Positions 58,259 through 64,000 of a stretch of 64,000 bases of DNA are shown here, piece by piece. Numbering within the stretch: the first letter of the stretch is position 1; each line of letters begins with the position of its first letter. Location: the NCBI GenBank assembly GCA_944387215.1, contig CALXEB010000001.1, positions 5,873 to 69,872 on the forward strand, read 5' to 3'. Position numbers and translations under genes: made by a program. Source of the stretch: an uncultured Flavonifractor sp. Its GTDB lineage: Bacteria > Bacillota > Clostridia > Oscillospirales > Oscillospiraceae. The notes under the pieces are model-generated. The model did not search any database, was not told where the DNA came from, and was given only the letters and a program-made list of their open reading frames with translations.

Positions 58259-59320
58259 GCCGTAGGGATTTACGGCATGGGCCATGGCCCGGTAGGCGCT
58301 CTCGTCCTTCAGCAACTCCGAAGTCAGGCGGAATACCGTCTCCTCCTCCGTGCCCGCAAGCCGCACCGTCCCGGCGGCCACCGCCTCGGGCCGCTCGGTC
58401 TCCCGCCGAAGGACCAGCACCGGCTTGCCCAGGGCGGGCGCCTCCTCCTGGAGCCCGCCGGAATCCGTAAGCACGAGGTAGCACCGGGCCATGAGATTGT
58501 GCATCTCCTCCACGTCCAGCGGCTCGATGAGGTGGATGCGCGGATGGCCGGAGAGGTACTTCCCCGCCGCTTCCCGCACTACCGGGGACAGGTGGACGGG
58601 ATAGACCAGCTCCGCCTCCGGGAAGGCGTCCGCCACCCGGCGCAGGGCGGTCATGATATTTGCCATGGGCGCTCCGTAGTTCTCCCGGCGGTGGCAGGTC
58701 ACCAGCAGGATGCGCCTGCCGGCATAGTCCAGGCTGTTGAGCAGTTCATTTGAAAAGCGATAATCCTTTACAACAGTGGTCTTAAGGGCGTCGATCACCG
58801 TGTTGCCCGTAATGAACACCCCGTCTGTGATACCCTCCCGGGCCAGGTTTTCCCGGTTGCTCACAGTGGGGCAAAAGTGCAGATCCGCAATGTCCCCCAC
58901 CAGCTTGCGGTTCATCTCCTCTGGAAAGGGGGAATACTTGTCGCCCGTCCGAAGCCCCGCCTCCACATGTCCCACGGGGATCTGGCGGTAAAATGCGGCC
59001 AGGGCCCCGGCAAACGTGGTGGACGTGTCCCCGTGGACCAGGACCAGGTCTGGTTTGGCCTCCTCCAGCACCCCCTCCATGCCCAGCAGGCACTTGGAGG
59101 TAATGGTGTACAAGCTCTGGCGGGGCTGCATGATGTTCAGGTCATAGTCGGGCTCCAGATGGAAGATATCCAGCACCGCGTCCAGCATCTGCCGGTGCTG
59201 GGCGGTGACGCAGCAGATGGACTGGATGCCCGGCCTGTCCTGGAGCTCCCTGACCAGGGGGGCCATTTTGATGGCCTCAGGCCGGGTGCCGAAAATGGTC
59301 ATGACGCGGATTGGGGTCAC
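58172..59320 (-). CDS. wecB: UDP-N-acetylglucosamine 2-epimerase (non-hydrolysing)
   Basis: GTRPEAIK, HGDT, HVEAGLR, PFPEE, HRREN, TDSGGLQEEA and NPYGDG. Confidence 0.96.
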   Translation of the reverse strand: MTPIRVMTIFGTRPEAIKMAPLVRELQDRPGIQSICCVTAQHRQMLDAVLDIFHLEPDYDLNIMQPRQSLYTITSKCLLGMEGVLEEAKPDLVLVHGDTSTTFAGALAAFYRQIPVGHVEAGLRTGDKYSPFPEEMNRKLVGDIADLHFCPTVSNRENLAREGITDGVFITGNTVIDALKTTVVKDYRFSNELLNSLDYAGRRILLVTCHRRENYGAPMANIMTALRRVADAFPEAELVYPVHLSPVVREAAGKYLSGHPRIHLIEPLDVEEMHNLMARCYLVLTDSGGLQEEAPALGKPVLVLRRETERPEAVAAGTVRLAGTEEETVFRLTSELLKDESAYRAMAHAVNPYGDGHACRRIVDAIAWKFGLRAEKPEQFQA

Positions 59321-60414
59321 TGTTTTTCCTCCTCTCCCGGCTCCCGGGACTCCTTTTCCCGTTCCCTGCGGTTATTGCCCAGGAAAATGCGCCCGGCGAT
59401 GGCGCCGGCAAAGCACAGGGCCATGAGAAGCAGCATGGCCTTCACCGGCCCGCTGGTGGTGAGCACCACGGCGGACAGGCCAAGGATAGCGGAGATGATA
59501 TAGAGCACCGCCACCGCCTGCTTTTGGTTCAGGCCCATGTCGATGAGCCGGTGATGGACGTGGCTGCGGTCGGCGTGCATGGGGCTTTGCCCATGGGCGA
59601 TGCGGCGGATAAAGGCAAAGCAGGTATCAAAAATAGGCAGGCCCAGCATGAGGAAGGGCACGGCGAAGGAGATAATGGTGTACAGCTTGAACAGGCCCTG
59701 GATGGACACCACCGCCAGGATAAAGCCCAGGAAGGTGGAGCCCGTGTCCCCCATAAAGATCTTTGCCGGGTTCATATTATAGGGCAGAAAGCCCAGGCAG
59801 GCCCCGGTCAGGGCGGCCATAAGCACCGCCACCGGCCCGTCGCTGATGGCCAGGGAGATGACCAGAAGGGTCATGGAGCTGATGGCGGACACGCCGCAGG
59901 CCAGACCGTCCAGCCCGTCGATGAGATTGACCGCGTTGGTAATGGCCACGATCCACACCACCGTCACCGGAACGGCAAGCCAGCCCAGGTCCCAGTACAG
60001 GTCGCTGGAAAACACGTTGGGATTGGAGACGATCTCGATCACATTCCCGGACAGGGCCGCCACCAGCGCCGCGATGATCTGCACCACGAATTTGAACATG
60101 GCGCGCAGGGAGTAGATATCGTCAAAAATACCCAGCACCACGATGATGGCCGCCCCCAGCAGCATGCCCCGCATCTGCCCGTCCAGGTCCATGAACACCA
60201 CCACGCTGAGCAGAAAGCCAAAGAAGATGGCCAGCCCGCCCATACGCGGGATGGGGTGATCGTGCATCCGCCGGCCGTCCCGGGGCACGTCCACCGCGCC
60301 CATGCGCACCGCCAGATTCTTCACCACCGGAGTGGTGATGAGGGCCACCACCAGGGCCACCACCAGGGCGGCGGCCACGATGCCGATCAGAGGGAGATTC
60401 AGCTCATTTGTCAT
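59317..60414 (-). CDS. tagO: Undecaprenyl-phosphate GlcNAc-1-phosphate transferase (TagO/WecA)
   Basis: PRMGG, GIFDD, NLIDGLDGL, FMGDTGS and DRSHVHH. Confidence 0.92.
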   Translation of the reverse strand: MTNELNLPLIGIVAAALVVALVVALITTPVVKNLAVRMGAVDVPRDGRRMHDHPIPRMGGLAIFFGFLLSVVVFMDLDGQMRGMLLGAAIIVVLGIFDDIYSLRAMFKFVVQIIAALVAALSGNVIEIVSNPNVFSSDLYWDLGWLAVPVTVVWIVAITNAVNLIDGLDGLACGVSAISSMTLLVISLAISDGPVAVLMAALTGACLGFLPYNMNPAKIFMGDTGSTFLGFILAVVSIQGLFKLYTIISFAVPFLMLGLPIFDTCFAFIRRIAHGQSPMHADRSHVHHRLIDMGLNQKQAVAVLYIISAILGLSAVVLTTSGPVKAMLLLMALCFAGAIAGRIFLGNNRREREKESREPGEEEKQ

Positions 60415-60456
60415 AGGAAATATGCTCCTTCTCTGTCTTGCGGGAACAGCGGGCGC

Positions 60457-61458
60457 TCAGCGGGGCAGAAAGCCCACCTTTTTGTAGACCTTGCGCAGGG
60501 TGCGCTCCGCCACGCGGGAGGCGCGCTCCGCCCCGGCGCGGTAGACGCCCTCCAGATAAGCCTTGTCCGCCAGCAGGCGCTCCGTCTCCTCCCGGATGGG
60601 GCGCAGCAGCTCCACCACTGCCTCGCCCACCGCGGGCTTGAAGGCGCCGTACCCCTTGCCCTCAAATTCCGTCTCGATGGCTTCAAAGCTCTTTCCCGTG
60701 ACGGCGGAGTAGATCTGCATCAGGTTGGACACCCCGGGCTTGGCCTGGGGATCGTAGCGGACGCAGCGCTCGGTGTCGCTGTCGGTGATGGCCCGCTTGA
60801 ATTTGCGCAGAATGTCCTCCGGCTTCTCCATGAGGAACACGCAGCCCTCGGGGATGGACTTGCTCATCTTGGTGTCCGGCTGGTTCAGGCTCATCACCCG
60901 GGCGCCCTGCTTGGGGATATAGGGCTCTGGCATCTTGAACACGTCGCCGTAAACGTGGTTGAAACGGTTCGCGATGTCCCGGCAGATCTCCACATGCTGC
61001 TTCTGGTCCTCCCCCACCGGGACGAAATCGGGCTGGTAGAGCAGGATGTCGGCGGCCATGAGGCAGGGGTAGGTGAACAGGCCGGCGTTGATGTTGTCGG
61101 CATGCTTGGCGGACTTGTCCTTGAACTGGGTCATGCGGGAGAGCTCCCCGAACATGGTATAGCAGTCCAGCACCCAGCCCAGTTCGGCGTGGGCGGGCAC
61201 GTGGGACTGGACGAAGATGGTGTTCTTCTCCGGGTCCAGGCCGCAGGCGATGTAAGTGGCGATCTGGGTCAGGGTGCGCCGGCGCAGCTGGGCCGGATCC
61301 TGGCGGACGGTGATGGTATGCAGATCCGCCATGAACCAGTAGCAGTCAAACTGGTCGGAGAGCTCCCGCCAGTTCTTGATGGCCCCAAGATAGTTGCCAA
61401 GATGCAGATCCCCGCTGGGCTGGATGCCGGAGAGGAGCACTTTCTTTTCATTTTCCAT
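60457..61458 (-). CDS. trpS: Tryptophanyl-tRNA synthetase
   Basis: GIQPSG, HLGN, VPVGEDQ and KMSKS. Confidence 0.97.
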   Translation of the reverse strand: MENEKKVLLSGIQPSGDLHLGNYLGAIKNWRELSDQFDCYWFMADLHTITVRQDPAQLRRRTLTQIATYIACGLDPEKNTIFVQSHVPAHAELGWVLDCYTMFGELSRMTQFKDKSAKHADNINAGLFTYPCLMAADILLYQPDFVPVGEDQKQHVEICRDIANRFNHVYGDVFKMPEPYIPKQGARVMSLNQPDTKMSKSIPEGCVFLMEKPEDILRKFKRAITDSDTERCVRYDPQAKPGVSNLMQIYSAVTGKSFEAIETEFEGKGYGAFKPAVGEAVVELLRPIREETERLLADKAYLEGVYRAGAERASRVAERTLRKVYKKVGFLPR

Positions 61459-61522
61459 ATTGAGATTACACCTCGATCACATGTCGGTAAGGCAGAAAGG
61501 GCGCAGGGCCCCATATTGTGTT

Positions 61523-61573
61523 ATCATATCATATCCAAACTCCCTTGACAATCCTAAGCGGAAAAAATAGAAT
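61523..61573. promoter_or_regulatory. Divergent sigma-A promoters for trpS (-) and gltX (+) with overlapping -35 boxes
   Basis: + strand TTGACA(61545)-17-TAGAAT; - strand TTGTCA(61551)-17-TATGAT with TG extension. Confidence 0.7.
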
Positions 61574-61606
61574 AAGGTGAGTGAATTTGAAAAAGGAGTT
61601 TTTTCC

Positions 61607-63103
61607 ATGGATATGACCTGGTTCAACGAGATGGAGGCCCGCATCCCCAAAGGGGAGGTACGCACCCGCTTTGCCCCCTCCCCCACAGGCTATATGCACG
61701 TGGGCAACCTGCGCACCGCCCTGTACACCTGGCTCATCGCCCGGCACGCCGGCGGCAAGTTCCTCCTGCGCATCGAGGACACCGACCAGGGCCGGCTGGT
61801 GGAGGGCGCCACCGACGTGATCTATGCCACCATGCGCGGCTGCGGTCTGACCTGGGACGAGGGTCCCGACGTGGGCGGCCCCGTTGGCCCCTATGTACAG
61901 ACCCAGCGGCGGGATCTGTATGGAAAGTACGCCCACCTGCTGGTGGAGAAGGGCCACGCCTACTACTGCTTCTGCGGCAAGACGGAGAGCGAGGAGGACG
62001 CCGGCGACTTTGACCGGCCGGCGGACCCCTGCCGGGACCTGGACCCGGCGGCGGCAAAGGCCCGGGTGGAGGCCGGGGAGCCCTATGTCATCCGCCAGCG
62101 CATCCCGGCCGGCTCCACCACCTTCCACGACGCGGTGTACGGCGACATCACCGTGGACAACGCCGACCTGGACGACCAGATCCTGCTGAAGTCCGACGGC
62201 CTGCCCACCTACAACTTTGCCAACGTCATCGACGACCATCTCATGGGCATCACCCACGTGGTGCGGGGTTCGGAGTACCTCTCCTCCGCCCCCAAGTACG
62301 ATCTGCTCTACCGGGCCTTCGGTTGGGAAGTGCCCACCTATATCCACTGCGCCAGCGTCATGATCACCGACCCGGAGACCGGGGCGGTGCGCAAGATGTC
62401 CAAGCGCAAGGGGGACCCCTCCTACGAGGATCTGCTGGCCATGGGCTATTTGTCCCAGGCAGTGGTCAACTACGTCACTCTGCTGGGCTGGTCCCCCCGC
62501 GGCGAATACGCCGAGCGGGAGTTCTATACCCTGGCCGAGCTGGCCGGGATCTTTGACGTGGGCGGTATCTCCAAGTCCCCTGCCGCCTTCGACCTGGACA
62601 AGCTGACCTACTTCAACGCCCACTACCTGCGGGAAATGCCCCCGGAGGTCTTTCACGCCGCCGCCCTGCCCTATATCCGGCAGGCGGTGAAGGGCTCCGC
62701 CTTCTCCACCCAGGAGATCGCCGCCCTGCTCCAGGCCCGGTGCGAAAAGCTCACCGACATTCCCGGGAAGCTGGACTTTTTCGACGCGCTGCCGGACTAC
62801 GACGCTGAGCTGTTCACCAACAAAAAGTCCAAGACAAACCCCGAGATCTCCCGGAAAATGCTGGAGGCCGCCATTCCCGCCCTGGAGAGCCTGGCGGACT
62901 GGACAGCCGACGCGATCCACGACTGTCTGGTGGATCTGGCGCTGCGCCTGGAGGTCAAAAACGCCACGCTCATGTGGCCGGTGCGCATCGCCGCCGCCGG
63001 CAAGGCCGTGACCCCCGGCGGGGCGGTGGAGATCTGCCACATCCTGGGCCGGGAGGAGACCCTGCGCCGGCTCCGCCTGGGCCTGGAGAAGCTGAAGGGG
63101 TAA
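61607..63103 (+). CDS. gltX: Glutamyl-tRNA synthetase
   Basis: RFAPSPTG, HVGN, RIEDTD and KMSKR. Confidence 0.97.
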   Translation: MDMTWFNEMEARIPKGEVRTRFAPSPTGYMHVGNLRTALYTWLIARHAGGKFLLRIEDTDQGRLVEGATDVIYATMRGCGLTWDEGPDVGGPVGPYVQTQRRDLYGKYAHLLVEKGHAYYCFCGKTESEEDAGDFDRPADPCRDLDPAAAKARVEAGEPYVIRQRIPAGSTTFHDAVYGDITVDNADLDDQILLKSDGLPTYNFANVIDDHLMGITHVVRGSEYLSSAPKYDLLYRAFGWEVPTYIHCASVMITDPETGAVRKMSKRKGDPSYEDLLAMGYLSQAVVNYVTLLGWSPRGEYAEREFYTLAELAGIFDVGGISKSPAAFDLDKLTYFNAHYLREMPPEVFHAAALPYIRQAVKGSAFSTQEIAALLQARCEKLTDIPGKLDFFDALPDYDAELFTNKKSKTNPEISRKMLEAAIPALESLADWTADAIHDCLVDLALRLEVKNATLMWPVRIAAAGKAVTPGGAVEICHILGREETLRRLRLGLEKLKG

Positions 63104-63120
63104 AGCCCGCTGTATCAAAC

Positions 63121-63159
63121 AGTCCCGCCCGCCGCGTATCCTGCGGCGGGCGGGATTTT
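63121..63159 (+). terminator. Intrinsic terminator after gltX
   Basis: TCCCGCCCGCCGC/GCGGCGGGCGGGA stem followed by TTTT. Confidence 0.8.
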
Positions 63160-63186
63160 CATGATAAGAAGCCCCAGCCGCCCCGG

Positions 63187-64000
63187 TCAAAGCAGAGGGG
63201 CCAGTACGCGGAGGATGGAGCGGAAGAGACGGCGCAGCCAGGAGTGGTCCAGGCACTGCTCCAGGGTCACCGGCTGGCTCTTGACCTGGGTGGCCAGGAA
63301 GTCCTGCTTCACATCCAGCACCGTCGGGTCGTGGCACAGCCACACCGCATCCTCAAAGTGGAGGAACATGCTGCGGTAGTCCATATTGATGGAACCCACC
63401 ACAGCATATACGTCGTCAGACACCAGGTTCTTGGCGTGGACGAAGCCGGGGGTGTACTCGAAGATCTGTACGCCCGCCTCCAGCAGTTCCTCATAGTGAG
63501 ACCGCGTAAGCTCGAACACCAGGGGCTTGTCCGGGATGTGGGGCGTGATGATGCGCACGTCCACGCCGGCCTTGGCGGCGGCGCACAGGGCAGTATTGAC
63601 GCAGTCGCTGACGATGAGGTAGGGGGTCATGATATAGACATATTTCCTGGCTTTGCTGATGAGGTTGAGATATACCGTCTCGCCCACCGGCTCATTGTCC
63701 AGGGGATTGTCCGTATAGGGCTGCACATAATGGCCCTTGCCAAGGGCCGCCTCGGCGGGCAGCGCGGCGGGCCGGAAGGCCCCATAGTCCACCTTGGTGT
63801 CCCGCACATACTCCCACATGGTGAGGAACATCACCGTCATGCTCCAGGCCGCCTCCCCCTTCAGGAGGATGGCGCTGTCCTTCCAGTGGCCAAAGCGGAG
63901 CTTCTGGTTGATATACTCGTCGGCAAGGTTGATGCCGCCGGTGAAGGCGGTATGTCCGTCGATGATGCAGAACTTCCGATGATCGCGGTTGTTCATCCGA
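63187..64000 (-). CDS. cls: Cardiolipin synthase, C-terminal part (starts outside window)
   Basis: Two HKD motifs (RDHRKFCIID, HAKNLVSD), GGINLADEY and GSINMDYRS. Confidence 0.93.
   Translation of the reverse strand, partial: RMNNRDHRKFCIIDGHTAFTGGINLADEYINQKLRFGHWKDSAILLKGEAAWSMTVMFLTMWEYVRDTKVDYGAFRPAALPAEAALGKGHYVQPYTDNPLDNEPVGETVYLNLISKARKYVYIMTPYLIVSDCVNTALCAAAKAGVDVRIITPHIPDKPLVFELTRSHYEELLEAGVQIFEYTPGFVHAKNLVSDDVYAVVGSINMDYRSMFLHFEDAVWLCHDPTVLDVKQDFLATQVKSQPVTLEQCLDHSWLRRLFRSILRVLAPLL

Noticed and set aside
57900-58260. CRISPR array
   Set aside because: Only two long copies containing coding sequence, with no repeat-spacer periodicity and no cas genes.
59311-63343. 745-aa (+) and 604-aa (-) long ORFs
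   Set aside because: Antisense shadows of tagO/trpS and gltX.

Overview
This is a GC-rich chromosomal segment from a spore-forming clostridium, probably Oscillospiraceae-like (inferred from gene content and order). It is almost entirely core genome on the minus strand. The main blocks are: yloC-remA-gmk-rpoZ-priA-def-fmt-rsmB-rlmN-stp-prkC-rsgA-thiN; cdaA-cdaR; carD-ispD-ispF; rluB-rpiR-cmk-plsC-ispH/rpsA; scpAB-ytfJ-dacB; tig-clpP-clpX-lon-engB; rplS-rbgA-rnhB-yraN-thrC; glyA, rarA, nth, coaX; trpS-tagO-wecB; gltX; and cls. I saw no CRISPR array, rRNA, tRNA, prophage or transposase. The best leads are: (1) a translationally coupled rseC-DUF5685-J-domain-membrane protein module directly behind cdaA-cdaR, in which the DUF5685 protein carries motifs spaced like those of class I isoprenoid synthases; (2) an unannotated, structured ~200-nt ncRNA candidate with a near-consensus sigma-A promoter between MATE and nth; (3) a 134-bp duplication of the wecB 3' end interleaved with a multi-hairpin MITE/REP-like element; (4) an internal promoter and SD inside the ispH-rpsA fusion, plus other intragenic promoters; (5) a GT-C glycosyltransferase, an exported YtcJ-like amidohydrolase and a three-gene small-protein cluster inserted among housekeeping genes. 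All family calls come from motif recognition, not database searches.
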